A DNA stretch of 64,000 nucleotides from NCBI RefSeq assembly GCF_030144855.1, contig NC_082710.1, forward strand, positions 161,758,001-161,822,000, read 5' to 3'. The stretch comes from Hypanus sabinus. Taxonomy: Eukaryota. Below, in pieces: positions 1 through 13,410 of this stretch. The notes below the pieces were generated by a model that did no database searches, was not told where the DNA came from, and worked only from the letters and a program-made list of their open reading frames with translations. The position numbers were made by a program, and so were the translations under genes. Position 1 is the first letter of the stretch. Each line of letters begins with the position of its first letter.

Positions 1-949
1 ATATTTCTGAACTGCCGAAAGGAGGAAGGGAGGATGTGCCTCATGGAATTTTGCTGGAGCTGGTGGGAATTGTGAAGGATGTGGAGACCAGTGGGGTGGA
101 AGATGAGGAGCAGGATAGTTTCCGTAGCTGCTGTCTTCATGGGTCAAGTAATATTACACAGAGACCCAATTGTTTTCAGGCCAGAGGTGATTACAGGCAA
201 TTACTTACTCCATGTGTACTGGCAGAGGGACTGTGAATATAGAATGCTTGCATATATTTCAAGGGTGGATCGTCCTTTACTGCTGCCTGTCCTGATAACA
301 GATAGTAGTAGTGCTCCTATTAACTGTTTATCACTCTGTCTTTTTGCCTGTACAATATACAAAGATGGCTGTTAAAATTGCCAATGCAAGTGGGTGGGTG
401 GTTTGCATTTGTTTGAAGAAATAGAGAATAAGTGAGTTTTAGGAGGATCAAGTAGATTAACAACCCGAGAGAATTCTCTCTCTTGGAGGTGGTGGAGGCC
501 AATCATTAGATATATTTGAGATGGAGATAGAAGTTCGAGGAATTGAGGGGAATGAGGACCAGCATAGATCAGATATGACAATGTTGAATGGTGCTGCAGA
601 CTTGTGAGACCTGGTGGCCAGCTCCTACTCCTTTCTGCTTGTGTCAGAGTCTCAGTACTTGATCAGCGGGGTTTGTGAACATTCATAATTTCCCACTGTG
701 ATTAATAGAGAGATAAGTGGAGGCTGGTTCACTGTGGCATTCAAGATATAGTAGAACTTTTTTGAAAAATCAGAGAATTTTGGGCTATACAAAACTGTCA
801 AAAAATAAGAGACCTGTGACAGATCAATAATCATATTTAACACTGGGATAGGCTTGCAGGGTTGATTGGCCTCCTGCTCCCGTTTTCTTGTTAATCATCC
901 ACTTGAACGGTTGGTCAGAGCCACTCGCCCTGGACTTCCTGCTCAAATC

Positions 950-1017
950 TCTGGAGTGGGACTCGAACCCACGACCCTCTGACCAAGAGGTGAGTGTGTT
1001 GCCTATTTAGCCACAGG
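950..1017 (-). mobile_element. tRNA-derived SINE head (fragment)
   Basis: Reverse complement reads TGGCTAAATAGG (A-box-like) ... GGTTCGAGTCC (B-box); no complete cloverleaf. Confidence 0.6.
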
Positions 1018-1389
1018 TTACTGGAGCCCCATCTGGTCTGAATCATTGGGTGACTATAAAAATAATGGCTGTGAGAGGCTGGGTGAACCCCACTTTGAAA
1101 CAGCTCATTCCCAGTGGAGAGCAGGAACTGGGGGTGGGTGGCGGGAGATATTCTGCTCGCCGTGGGGAGACAGAGCTGGCTGCAGATTGTCACTGAGTGA
1201 ACACCAACCCCGTCATCTAGGAATCTCTGCCAAACACCATAAAGGTTTATGCTTCAGTCCCCTCCTCTGCCTAACATTACAATTTTGAAGGGGGCCATTC
1301 AGTCCATCAGTTCCATTCTATGACACATTTTCCCTGTAACTTATATCTCCATATATGCTCCGTCAACTGCCATTTGAATCTGTTGCTAA

Positions 1390-1552
1390 TTACAGCAGGA
1401 AATTATCTATAATATGGGAGGAAATCAAAACACCCAGGGAAAGCTACACAATCACAGGAAGAACGTGCAAACTCCAGACTGACAGCACCAATGGTCAGTA
1501 TCAATCTCAGGTCCCTCAAACGAAGGCACAGCATCACCAGCTGCCCCACTAT
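1390..1552 (-). mobile_element. elasmobranch HE1-like SINE fragment
   Basis: Similar to the copy at ~39860-40040 (cacagtcac..gaa..tg..caaactccaga..gacagc core); degenerate tRNA-like head at the right end. Family name from recall. Confidence 0.45.
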
Positions 1553-2184
1553 CTTCATTACCCATTGTTTAAACTCAGGGATCGTTATTCTTTGTTTACT
1601 CTCAGCTAATGCCAAGGGACCTTATCAGTTTAATTAGGTGATATTTCAGAGTCACAGCACAGAAAAATGTCCTTCAGCCTATCTAGTCTGTGCTGTACAG
1701 TTATTCTTCCTAGTTTTATTGTCTCTCACCTGAACTATAACCTTACATAATCCATCATCGAAGTACTTATCTAAACTTCTCTTAGTTGTTGCAATTGAAC
1801 CTGCATCTACCATTTCTACTAGCAGTTCATTCACTCTAAGTAATGTAGTTCCCCTTAAATATTTCACTTTTCAACCTTAATCTATGGCCTCTAGTTCTAG
1901 TCTCAGCTCAGAAGGGAAATGTCTTTGTGCATTAACCAGATTTTTACCTGTCATAATTCTGTGTCATCATCATCATTATGTGCCATGTCACATGACCGTG
2001 GTCATTTCTGGTAATTTTTTCTACAGAACTGGTTTGTCATTGCCCTCTTCTGTACAGTGTCTTTACAAGATAGGTGGCCTCGGCCATTGTCAATGCTTTT
2101 CAGAGACTGTCTGCTTTGCCTCAGTGGTCACGTAACTTGTGGTATGCACCAGCTGCTCGTAGGACCACAGACACAAGAAAATCT

Positions 2185-2300
2185 GCAGATACTGAGTATC
2201 CAAGCAACACACACAAAATGCTGGAGGAACTAAGTAAGCTAGGTAGCATCTATGGAAAAGTGTAATCAGTTGACATTTTGGGCCAAGACTCTTCATCAGG
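2185..2300 (-). mobile_element. Penelope-like element 3' tail with degenerate hammerhead motif
   Basis: Reverse complement GAGTC-CTGATGA-AGAGTCTTGGCCC-AAAATGTC followed by the tail shared with 6140-6240 and 62025-62145. Confidence 0.65.
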
Positions 2301-3149
2301 ACTCATCCACACCTGCTCCATTGACTTCACATGACCCTGATCCGGGCGACTAAGCAGGTGCTGCACCTTGCCCAAGGGTGACCTGCAGACTAGCAGAGGG
2401 AAGGATCTCCTCACACCCCGTCTTTTGGTTGAGATGTGTCACCATCTTGCCTGGGAATCTCAGACTCTGGAAGCATCCCTCAATAGATTGGGAGTTTCAG
2501 CTCCCACTCGGTGCTCAGGCATCTTATCGCTTGCGCTTGTGTCTAATATGAAAGGTGAGGGGTCAGGGTGCGGGGACGGTTCATGTGGATGGGGGAACAG
2601 AGACGCAGGCATCCAGCCTACGTGTGTGTTGGCAGGTGAAAATTAACCATCACGTTCAGGACCTTTCAAGGTCGCTGAACGATGGTTTGACCAAGTCAAT
2701 GTGGACCTGGTTGGTCCCTCCCCCACCTCCGCGGTTTAACACATCTCCTTATGATGGTGGACCGAACCACCAGGTGGTCAGAGGTTGTCCCTCCTGTGTC
2801 GACGACAGCTGCCGACATGGCTGGGTTGGGCACCCCATCTGATTTCTCTTCCACCTGCGGTCCCCAAATCATGTCAGAGCTCTGGGCCACAACTGGAATG
2901 TTCTCGATAGTCCAGAGTCTCTGACAATGTAGGGAGGAGCAGAAACATCTGGTGGAGAATCCCATCCTTCCGAAATCCCGGCTGTGTCAGACAGAGGTCG
3001 GTGTCTGTGATATTGCCCCCAATTGCTCCAGGTTTAGTGTCAGAGTCACAGGATTATGGAGCAGTGAAGTCTGCCTGTCTCTTGTGTTTTGGGGTCTGAG
3101 GTCTCAAGGTATACATCACTAGTAGGGAAACAACTAGATACAGGGTAGG

Positions 3150-3600
3150 ACCAGTCAATCATAATAATAATATAAATTTATAGATCACTTTTCAAAGTGA
3201 TTATGTAGTTCAAAATGATTTACAGTGGGATAAAAGTACGAATATGAAAACAAAATAAAAATAAAAATAAACATGAAAATAAAAGACAAAAATATGTCAG
3301 TTAAAGAGTAAATAAGTAGTTTTTGAGCTGGTGTGTAGAAGTGTTTACCGATCTGCACCTCAAAGTTTTAGATATTGAATTTCACAATTTATGAGCACAG
3401 TTCAAAAAGATTACCTGTCTTTTACTTTTTGAGAGAGATTGTTCTAATTTAGGAGACTGGTGGAAGAAGACCAGAGAGCTTGAGCAGGATTATAAACTGA
3501 AAATGATTCTAGCAACTGTGTTCTGAATGAGTTGAGTTGATTGCTTTTGAAGGCCAGTAAAAAAAAGTGCATTGCAGTAATCTAGTCTAATTGATAGAAA
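3150..3600 (-). mobile_element. old LINE 3' fragment (L2-like), paralogous to ~48320-48720
   Basis: Colinear similarity with 48320-48720 (gtagttcaaa..tgggataaaagtac.aatatgaaaa..gagcaggattat); clade assignment tentative. Confidence 0.45.
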
Positions 3601-3606
3601 TGTGTT

Positions 3607-4905
3607 GTCACGTATCCCATGACCGGGTTAAAGAACCAGCAGAAATGGAGAACACACTGGAGTCTGGTATTGCTTTAAACTGGTAGTGTTTATTAGTAAC
3701 TAAGCAATACAGTACTATAAATGCAAATATATCAAACAGGTTAGCAATAATATATATACATGTGTGGAAATAGGAAAAGCAAGCTTCTTCAAGTCTAGGG
3801 GTAAATGAATCCAGTCTGACGATGGTGAGTAAAGTTCAGTTCGTGGTATTTAGTTGAGTTGAGTTGAAGAGAGAAGGAGAGATTCGTAATCCAAAGGTGT
3901 ATGTTGTGAGAAGGCAATTACGTTGATATTCCAAAATAACAATAAAGTAGGTTTTAGCTAACAAAGTTGTTCCACTCCACGCACAAAGTATCACCAAAAT
4001 GATCTTCAACGAATATCCTTTCCACACCCAAGTTCAGCTACGGGTCAACCCAAAGAGGTGGCCACAGGATACTCAAACAGAATCCACATATGGATTATCA
4101 CCAACAGCAGCTTATCGCTGAGGTACCACCTTCAAGTGGTAAAACTACTAACCCTGGCCAGAATTATCACACACAGGTAGATTGCACAAGGTTACCTCAA
4201 ACACACAACTGTGATAGCCACTTATCCAGTTCCACGACGTACGAAGTAACTCCTACAGTGATTTGCCACGGGGTGCCTTTCTTCAGTGAACTACCTCACC
4301 CAAACAAGGGTAACACACAAGTGGTAATCACAAAGGTTTCCCCCTCACCAGAGAACCCACTCCTGTGGATTATCTACATGACAGTCACACCCTCGTATTT
4401 GAATGGAACTCAAACGCACCCTTACGGGCTACAGAGGAGAGAGTCCAAACAGTGACCTCTTGTCACTGGGTTTCTTCTGTTTCAAACCTTTTTCTCCCCT
4501 CTTCTCTTCCTTTAAAGTCACCGACTGAGACCATAACCAAGGTGACCATTCTTTTGTGGTAGAGTTATCAACCCAGGCCAGAGTTGGACACACAAATAAC
4601 TCCCCACCTCCCCACAGGTCATGCTTTTTCTGCACTGCGAGAGCCACTGATTGATTTCCCGGAATTGATCCTCCAAAACCCCTCCTTCCTGTGGGTACAA
4701 CAAAGTTCATCCAGTGTCCAAAACCGTGTGTGTTTGGGTCCAGCAGCTGACCTGGTATTTATTTCAGCACGCTGAGCACCAGCTGTCCATCAACCTGCTC
4801 TGCCCTCCTCTCCCTGCAAGAACTTTGCAAGCAGGCAAGTGTCCTTGGAAATGTAAACAAACTGCCGAGAAACCATAACATCAATCTTCCGAGCATTCTT
4901 CACCT
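3607..4905. mobile_element. putative composite LTR-like repeat
   Basis: Starts TGTCAC, non-coding, AATAAA on the minus strand near 3690; no internal genes or TSD confirmed. Confidence 0.3.
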
Positions 4906-4910
4906 CTCTC

Positions 4911-5250
4911 AAGCAGGGGGTAGGGATTCAGATTTCTGGATCATTGGGACCTCTTCTGGGGTAGTTGTGATCTGTACAAAAAGGGCGGGTTGCACTTGAT
5001 TTCTGAGGGGGACCCATATCTTGGTGGGAAGGTTTGCAGAGGCTATTGGGGAGAGTTTAAACTAGAATTGTTGTGGGGTGGGAACCAAACTGAAGTGACG
5101 GACGAAAGGGAGGTTGGCTCACAAATAGAGAAAACTTGGAGACAGTGCGAAAGGGAGGATAGGCAGGTGATAGAGAAGGGACACACTCTGACCGATGGTT
5201 TAAAATGTGCCTATTTTGATGCCAGGAGCATTATGAATAAAGCAGATGAA
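4911..5250 (+). mobile_element. CR1 LINE fragment (ORF1 end/ORF2 start)
   Basis: Matches 8190-8560 and 41170-41530; ends in 'LKCAYFDARSIMNKADEL', the CR1 endonuclease N-terminus. Confidence 0.75.
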
Positions 5251-5252
5251 CT

Positions 5253-6240
5253 TAGATCAGGTCCAACATATAATTCCCTGTAACATCTGCCACCTCCAAT
5301 GGGATCCCAGCACCGAGCACATTTTACCCTCCACCCTTCTTTCTACTTTCTGCAGGGATCGCTCCCTATGCAACTCCCTTGTCCATTCGTCCCCCCCCAT
5401 CCCTTCCCACCGCTCTCCCTCCTGGCACTTATCCTTGTAAGTGGAACAAGTGCTACACCTGCCCTTACACTTCCTCCCTCACCACCATTCAGGGCCCCAG
5501 ACAGTCCTTCCAGGTGAGGCGACACTTCACCTGTGAGTCGGCTGGTTCAATATACTGCATCTGGTGCTCCCAGTGCGGCCTTATATTGGTGAGACCCGAC
5601 GCAGACTGGGAGACCATTTCGTGGAACACCTACACTTTGTCCGCCAGAGAAAGCAGGATCTCCCAGTGGCCACACATTTTAATTCCACGTCCCATTCCCA
5701 TTCTGATATGTCAGTCCATGGCCTCCTCTACTGTCAAGATGAAGACACACTCAGGTTGGAGGAACAACACCTTATATTCCATCAAGGTAGCCTCCAACCT
5801 GATGGCATGAACATTGATTTCTCTAACTTCCAGTAATGCCCCCCTCCCCTTCTTACCCCATCCCTTATTTATTTATTTCCCCCTTTCTTTTTCTTCTTTT
5901 TTCTCTCTGTCCCTCTCATAATCACTCCTTGCCTGCTCTCCATCTCCCTCTGGTGCTCCCCTCCCCTTTCTTTCTCTCTAACCCATCCCATGATCCTTTC
6001 CCTTCTCCAGCCTTGTATCCTTTACCAATCAACTTTCCAGCTCTTAGCTTCATCCCTCCCCCCCCCCACGTCTTCTCCTATCATGTCGGATCTCCCCCTC
6101 CCCCTGTCAGATCTCTTACTATCTCTTCTTTCAGTTAGTCCTGACGAAGGATCCCAGCCTGAAACGTCGAATGTACTTCTTCCTATAGATGCTGCCTGGC
6201 CTACTGTGTTCCACCAGCATTTGGTTTGTGAAGTTTAGAT
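5253..6240 (+). mobile_element. Penelope-like element 3' portion (GIY-YIG endonuclease plus tail)
   Basis: 'PCKWNKCYTC' Zn motif, 'IYCIWC' and 'YIGETRRRLGDHFVEH' GIY-YIG motifs (frameshifted), pyrimidine-rich tail, hammerhead motif. Confidence 0.9.
6137..6172 (+). ncRNA. minimal type I hammerhead ribozyme motif (PLE-associated)
   Basis: AGUC-CUGACGA-AGG(AUCCCAG)CCU-GAAAC-GUC-GAAU: intact core, 3-bp helix II, palindromic ACGU helix III, helix I with one mismatch. Confidence 0.65.
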
Positions 6241-7235
6241 CGTGATCAACACTTGGAGCTATGATGTGGCCATTACAGAGACTTGGATGGTTCAGGGGCT
6301 GGAATGGCTACTTCAAGTGCCAGGCTTTAGATGTTTCAGAAAGGATAGGGAGGGAGGCAACAGAGGTGGGGGCTTGGCACTGCTGATCAGAGATAGTGTC
6401 ATGGCTGCAGAAAAGGAGGAAGTCATGGAGGGGTTGTCTATGGAGTCTCTATGGGTGGAAGTTAGGAATAGGAAGTGGTCAATAACTCTACTGGGTGGCT
6501 TTTTATTAATAAACCACCCAATAATAACTGGGACATTGAGGAGCAAATCGACAGACAGATTCTGAAAAAGATTAATAATAACAGGTTTGTTGTGGTGGGA
6601 GATTTTAATTTCCGAAATATTGATTGGCATCTCCCTGGAATGAGAGGTTTGGTAGGAGTAGAGTCTGTTAGGTGTGTTCAGGAAGGTTTCTTGACACAAT
6701 ATGTAGACAAGCCTACAAGAGGAGAGGCTGTACTTGATCTTGTATTGGGAAATGAGCCTGGTCAGGTGTCAGGTCTTTCAGTGGGAGAGCATTTTGGAGA
6801 TAGTGATCACAATTCTATCTCCTTTACCATAGCATTGGTTAGGAAACCAATGCGAAAGGAGATAGAATATACTAGACAAGTTAGCAAAGCAGTTAATTGG
6901 AGTAAGGGGAAATATGAGGCTATCAGGAAGGAACTTGGAAGCATAAATTGGAAACAGATGTTCTCAGGGAAACGTACGGAAGAAATGTGGCAAATGTTCA
7001 GGGGATATTTGCATGGTGTTCTGCTTAGGTACTTTCCAATAAGACAGGGAAAGGATAGTAGGGTACACGAATCATGGTGTACAAAGGCTGTTGTAAATCT
7101 AGTCAAGAAGAAAAGAAGAGCTTTTGAAAGCTTGAAAAAACTAGGTAATGATAGAGATCAAGAAGATTGTAAGGCTCGCAGGAAGGAGTTTAAAAATGAA
7201 ACTAAGAGAGCCAGAAGGTCCATGAAGGTTGGCCT
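6241..7235 (+). mobile_element. CR1 LINE ORF2 fragment (AP endonuclease plus linker)
   Basis: 'YDVAITETW', 'VVGDFNF', 'LDLVLGNEPGQV', 'GDSDHNSI'. Confidence 0.9.
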
Positions 7236-7239
7236 CTGA

Positions 7240-10200
7240 GATCAGCGGGAGAGTTTAAAAAGTGAGCAGATTAACGGAGTGGGCGTCGGAGTAGAGGGAG
7301 ATAGAGTAGGAAGGCTTTGGCTCCAGAGGCTGAGGACGAGCTTGCTCCCAGTTAGGTAAGGCCGGGTAAGCTATTTTTCATTAACCTAATTAGCTTAGAA
7401 GTAGGTAATGGAGGCAGCAGTTAGGGCAGTTGAGTGCTCCGTTTGCTGTATGTGGGAAGTCAGGGCGAGCGCTATTGTCCCTGATGACTACACCTGCAAA
7501 AGGTGCATCCAGCTGCAGTTCCTGACAAACAGAGTTGGGGAACTGGAGCTGGAGCTGGATGAACTTCGGATCATTCGGGAGGCAGAGGCAGAAATAGACA
7601 GGCGTTTCAGGGAGATAGTCACCCCTAGGAGTCAGGAGACAGGTAGTTGCGTGACTATCAGGAGAGGGAAGGGGAATAGACAGGAAGAGCAGAGCACCCC
7701 TGTGGCTGTTCCCATCAACAATAAGAATACTGTTTTGGATACTGTTGGGGGGAAGACCTACCAGGGACAAGTAGCATTGGTTGCAGCTCTGGCACCGAGA
7801 CTGGACCCTCAGCTCAGAAAGGAAGGAGGGAAAAGAGGGGAGCAGTAGTGATAGGGGATTTGATAGTTAGGGGGACAGATAGGAGGTTCTGTGGAAGAGA
7901 TTGAGAATCCCGGATGGTCTGTAGCCTCCCTGGTGCCAGGGTCCGCGATACCTCAGATCAAGTTCTCAGTATTCTCAAGAGGGAGGGTGAGCAGCCAGAT
8001 GTCATGGTCCATGTAGGGACCAATGACGTGGCTAGGAACAAGGAGGAGGTCCTGCAAAGAAAGTTTAGAGAGTTAGGTGCAAAGTTGAAGGACAGGACCT
8101 CTCAGGATTGCTACCCGTGCCACGTGCTAGTGAAGCTAGAAATAGGAAGATAATGCAGCTAAGTACATGACTAAGGAGTTGGTGCAGGAGGGAGGGCTTT
8201 GTGTTTCTAGAAAATTGGTCCTTGTTCCAGGGAAGGTGAGACCTGTTCCGACAGGACGGGTTGCACCTGAACTGGAAGGGGACTAATATCCTTGCGGGAA
8301 TGTTGGCTAGTGCTGCTCTAGGGGATTTAAACTAGATTTGCAGGGGGAGGGGAACCAGAGTGTTAGAGCAGATAGTGAGATGGAGGAGAATAAAGGTCAT
8401 GTGAGAACTGCAAGGATAGTGCATGGAGTAAAGCCAGATCTAACATATAGAGAGACTTTGAGGGAGAGAAGCAGAATAAAGGGTGTTAAGGTAGTAAGGT
8501 AGAAGGGCTAAAGTGGGTGTACTTCAATGCAAGTAGCATCAGGAACAAAGGTGATAAGCTGAGAGCTTGGATACATACATGGAATTATGATGTTGTGGCC
8601 ATCACAGAGACTTGGCTGGCACCAGGGCAGGAATGGATTCTCAATATTCCTGGATTTCAAAATGGATAGAGAGGGGGATAAATGGGAGAAGGGGTGGCTT
8701 TACTGGTCAGGGACACTATTACAGCAACAGAAAGGGTGGGTAATGTAGCAGGATCCTCTTTTGAGTCAGTATGGGTGGGAGTCAGGAACAGGAAGGGAGC
8801 AGTTACCCTATTGGGACTATTCTATAGGCCCCCTAGTAGCAGCAGAGATACCGAGGAGCAGATAGGGAGGCAGATTTTGGAAAGGTGCAATAATAACAGG
8901 GTTGTTATCATGGATGACTTTAACTTCCCTAATATTGATTGGAACCTGATTAGTTCCAAGGGTTTAGATAGGGCAGAGTTTGTTAGGTGTGTCCAGGATA
9001 GATTCCTGACACAGTATGTTGATAGCCCAACTGGGAGAATGCCTTACTAGATCTAGTATTAGGTAACGATCCAGGTCAGGTCACAGATCTGTCAGTGGGT
9101 GAGCATCTGGGGGACAGTGATCACGGCTCCCTAGCCTTTAGCATTATCATGGAAAAGGATAAAATAAGAGAGGACAGGAAAATTTTTAATTGGGGAAGGG
9201 CAAATAATGAGGCTATAAGGCTGGAACTTGCGGGTGTGAATTGGGATGATGTTTTTGCAGGGAAGTGTACTACGGACATGTGGTCGATGTTCAGGGATCT
9301 CTTGCAGGATGTTAGGGATAAATTTGTCCCAGTGAGGAAGATAAAGAATGGTAGGGTGAAGGAACCATGGGTGACAAGTGAAGTGGAAAATCTAGTCAGG
9401 TGGAAGAAGGCAGCATATATGAGGTTTAGGAAGCAAGGATCAGAGGGTCTATTGAGGAATTTAGGGTAGCAAGAAAGGAGCTTAAGAAGGGGCTGAGGAG
9501 AGCAAGGAGGGGGCATGAGAAGGTCTTGGTGAGTAGGGTAAAGGAAAACCCCAAGGCATTCTTCAATTATGTGAAGAACAAAAGAATAACAACTGTGAAG
9601 GTAGGACCGATTAGAGATAAAGGTGGGAAGATGTGCCCTGAGGCTGTGGAAGTGAGCGAGGTCCTCAGAGAATACATCTCTTCAGTATTCACCAATGAGA
9701 GGGAACTTGAGGACGGTGAGGACAATATGAATGAGGTTGATGTTCTGGAGCATGTTGATATTAAGGACGAGGAGGTGTTGGAGTTGTTAAAATACATTAG
9801 GATGGATATTCCCCAGGCTGCTCCATGAGGTGAGGGAAGAGATTGTTGAGCCTCTGACTAGGATCTTTATGTCCTTGTTGTCCACAGAAATGGTACCGGT
9901 GGATTGGAGGGAGGTGAATGTCATCCCCTTGTTCAAAAAAGGTAGTAGGGATAGCCTGGGTAATTATAGACCAGTGAGCTTTACGTCTGTGGTGGGAAAA
10001 CTGTTGGAAAAGATTTTTAGAGATAGGATCTATGGACATTTAGAGAATCATGGTCTGATCAGGGGCAGTCAGCATGGCTTTGTGAAGGGCAGATCGTGTC
10101 TAACAAGCCTGATAGAGTTCTCTGAGGAGGTGACCAGGCATATGGATGAGGGTAGTGCAGTGGATGTGATCTACATGGATCTTAGTAAGGCATTTGATAA

Positions 10201-10490
10201 GGTTCCACATGGTAGGATTATTCAGAAAGACAGAAGGCATGGGATCCAGGGAAGTTTGGCCAGGTGAATTCAGAATTGGCTTGCCTGCAGAAAGCGGAGG
10301 GATGTGGCGGAGGGAGTACATTCAGATTGGTGAGTTGTAACTAGTGGTGTCCCACAAGGATTGGTACTGAGACCCCTACTTTTTGTGATTTTTATTAACG
10401 ACCTGGATGCAGGTTTAGAAGGGTGAGTTGGCAAGTTTGCAGATGACACAAAGGTTGGTGGTGTTGTGGATAGCGTAGAGGATAAGGGAG
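7240..10490 (+). mobile_element. near full-length decayed CR1 LINE (ORF1 zinc finger plus SGNH esterase; ORF2 EN plus RT)
   Basis: ORF1 'ECSVCCMWE..YTCKRC' and 'PGARVRD..VHVGTND'; ORF2 EN, 'NYRPVSFTSVVGKLLE', 'SQHGF', FADD codons near 10440; many stops and frameshifts. Confidence 0.9.
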
Positions 10491-12560
10491 GGAGATGAAT
10501 GGAAGACAGTTTTTAACAACCACCTCGGTCATTTTGAATACCTAGTGATGCCTTTTGTCCTGACCAATGCTCCGGCGGTGTTCCAGGCTCTGGGCAATGA
10601 CATCCTTAGGGACTTTATTACCCAATTTGTTTTTGTTTATCTGGATGATATCCTAATCTTCTCCCATAATCTCCAGGAGCACACCCAACATGTCCGCCAG
10701 TTTCTTCAGAGGCTTTTGGAGAACAAGCTATTTGTGTGAGTTCTATGCCCATTCAGTCAGTTTTCTGGGATACATCATTGAGAGCGGGCAGCTGAGGGCG
10801 GATCCCAAAAAGGTCCGCCCTCTGTGGTGGAGGCAGATACAATAGCGAAGTTTAAAAGACGGTGGCAGAGTTGCTCGACGTTTAAACAACTTCAGCGATT
10901 TCTGGGATTCGCCAATTTCTACTGTTGCTTCATTAGGGACTACGGCCGGGTGGCAGCGCCCCTTACTCAGCTCACCTTTCCTGCGACCCCATTCCACTGG
11001 ACCCCCGAAGTGTACTCAGTCTTCTCGGAGCTGAAGAGGTATTTCATTTCCTCCCCCATCCTGACCCATCTTGCCAGTTCATTGGGGAAGTAGACACCTT
11101 TGACTCTGAGGTGGGAGCGGTCCTCTCTCAAAGCTCCGTCCTGGACCAAAAGCTCCATTCCTGCGCCCTCTCTCGCCATCTATCCCCCCGTTTAATGGAA
11201 CTATGACATAGGGAACTGGGAGTTGCTGGCTGTCAACTCGCCTTGGAGGAGTAGAGGCACTGGCTGGAGGGAGCAGAACACCCATTCATTGTCTGGACAG
11301 ACCATAAGAATCTGGCATACATCCAGACAGCTAAACGTCTTAACTCCCTCCAAGCTCGTCGTGCACTGTTTTTTGGCCGCTTTAATTTCTCCCTCACCTA
11401 CCGTCCTGGTTCTAAGAATGTGAAGCTAGATGCTCTCTCTCATCAGTACGTCTCCGAGGAGGACCCTTCCAATCCTGATAGCATCCTTCCACCATCCTGT
11501 GTTGTGGATGCCCTCACCTGGGAGATCAAAGAGACCCAACAGACTCAACCTGACCCAGGCGATGGACCCCCAGTCGCCTCTTCGTGCCTGACTCTGTCCA
11601 TTCTCCGGTTCTCCAATGAGGACATACTTCCCGGTTTGCCTGCCATCCTGGAATCCGTCAAACCCTGTCCCTTTTGAAGCAACATTTCTGGTGGCCCACC
11701 ATAGATGCTGACACTCGCTCCTTCATCTCTGCCTGTACTGTGTGTGCCCGTGGAAAAGCCTCCCATCGGCCACCTGCTGGGCTGCTTCATCTCCTACCTG
11801 TCCCTGGCCACCCTTGATCCCACATTGCTCCGGATTTCGTCACTGAACTACCCCCTTCACATGGTAACACAGCTGTACTCACTGTGGTGGACCGTTTCTC
11901 CAAAGCCGTGCACTTCGTAGCCCTTCCCAAACTCTCTACAGCCCGTGAAACAGCTGATCTCCTTGTCTAACATGTCTTCTGCCTTCATGGAATTCCCTCT
12001 GACATCATTTCTGAACATCATTTCTCAAGTCTGGAGATGCTTTTGTCAAGCCCTTGGAGACTCAATAAGTCTGTCTTCCGGCGTCCATCCACAGACCAAT
12101 GGCCAAACAGAACGAGCAAACCAGGGTTTGGAAGCAGCACTGCGCTGCATCTCCGCCAGCAACCTGTCATCCTGGAGCACCCATCTTACTTGGGTAGAGT
12201 ACGTCCACAAATCCATGGTCAGCACCATGACCGGAATGTCTCCCTTTAAATGCTCCTTCGGTTACCAATCCTCTCTGTTTCCTGCACGTGAAGATGACAT
12301 CGCTGTGCCTTCAGTTCAGGCCCATCTCCGCCGGTGCCGCAAGGTCTGGAAGGATACACGCGTGGGCCTGCTCCGCTCAGCTGACTGCAAGTGGAGGATC
12401 GCTGATTGCCATCGAATTCCTGCACCCAACTATTGACCTGGTCAGAAGGTTTGGCTCTCTCCAAAAGAAATCCCCCTACAAGAAACTCGCCCCTCATTAC
12501 CTCAGACCATTTGAAATTGAGAGCATCATCAACCCCTCAGTGGTCAGACTCAAACTGCCC
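10491..12560 (+). mobile_element. pol: Ty3/gypsy (chromovirus-like) pol remnant: RT, RNase H, integrase
   Basis: '[23 protein letters not shown]', 'LQRFLGFANFY', '[16 protein letters not shown]', 'GQKVWLS..PFEI'. Confidence 0.9.
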
Positions 12561-12619
12561 AGATCAGTCTCTCTGTGTCACGATAGTATTCAAAGTATTA
12601 CTTCAGCACCGATGTTTAC

Positions 12620-13010
12620 CTGTGTAACTCAGTCTCTCAGTGCTAAGAAAAGCTGTCTGCCATTTAATGGGTCTTATTCTGGCTGGAGGACCCTGATTAT
12701 TGGTGTTCTGCAAGGATCTCTACAAGGACCCTGATACACATAAATAACTTGGATGGGTGGGTTAGTAAGTTTGCAGATGACACAAAGGTTGATGGTGTTG
12801 TGGGTAGTGTGAAGACTGCCAAGAGATACAGCAAGATATTGCAGAGGAAAAGCCAATGGAATTTAATCTGGAAAGAAGAGAGGTGGTGCACATTGGGTGA
12901 TCAAATGCAATGTGGAAGTACTCAGTTAATGGCTGGACCTTTTAGCAATATTAATATACAGAAGGATCTTGTGGACCAAGTCCATAGCTCCCTGAAAGTT
13001 GCCATGAGTT
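12620..13010 (+). mobile_element. CR1 RT fragment
   Basis: 'GVLQGS', 'SKFADDTKV'. Confidence 0.75.
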
Positions 13011-13238
13011 GATAGAATACACACAAGATATAGAGGAAGTCAGCAGGTCAGACAGCATCTATGAAGAGGAATAAACTGTTGATGTTTCAGATGTATCTTG
13101 TACCAGACTGAATTCTGTAGACACTTCCAGTTACCTGCAAGAGAAAATCTGTGGGAAATGTCTCAAGCTGAATCAGCTCGAACTCTGGGTCCCAGAGGTG
13201 AAGCATAGCTATAATTACTAGTACATCGGTAGTATCTT

Positions 13239-13410
13239 TGTCAGGCCTGCATGGACAGGCACCTCCCAGTCTCCACCCAGTAAACAGAAGTCACCTTCCA
13301 CTCATTTCCAACTCATCGCCTGCAGCCTATTTAAACCCACTGTCATCCACAATCCTTGTGCGCTCACACGGCCTCAACCAGTTGCTCCTCACCTTCAGTT
13401 GGCTTGTTAT
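13239..13410 (+). mobile_element. partial LTR, same family as 25539-25832
   Basis: Starts TGTCAGG; shares atttccaactcatc.cctgcagcctatttaaaccca, caatccttgt and aaccagttgctcct with the LTR at 25539. Confidence 0.7.

Noticed and set aside
950-1017. Functional tRNA gene (also 52000-52082)
   Set aside because: A/B boxes are present but there is no proper cloverleaf; the 52-kb copy has a SINE body, A-tail and TSD.
2394-3060. Possible additional retroelement remnant (minus-strand 'LVVRSTIIRRCVKP')
   Set aside because: Too degenerate to assign by eye.
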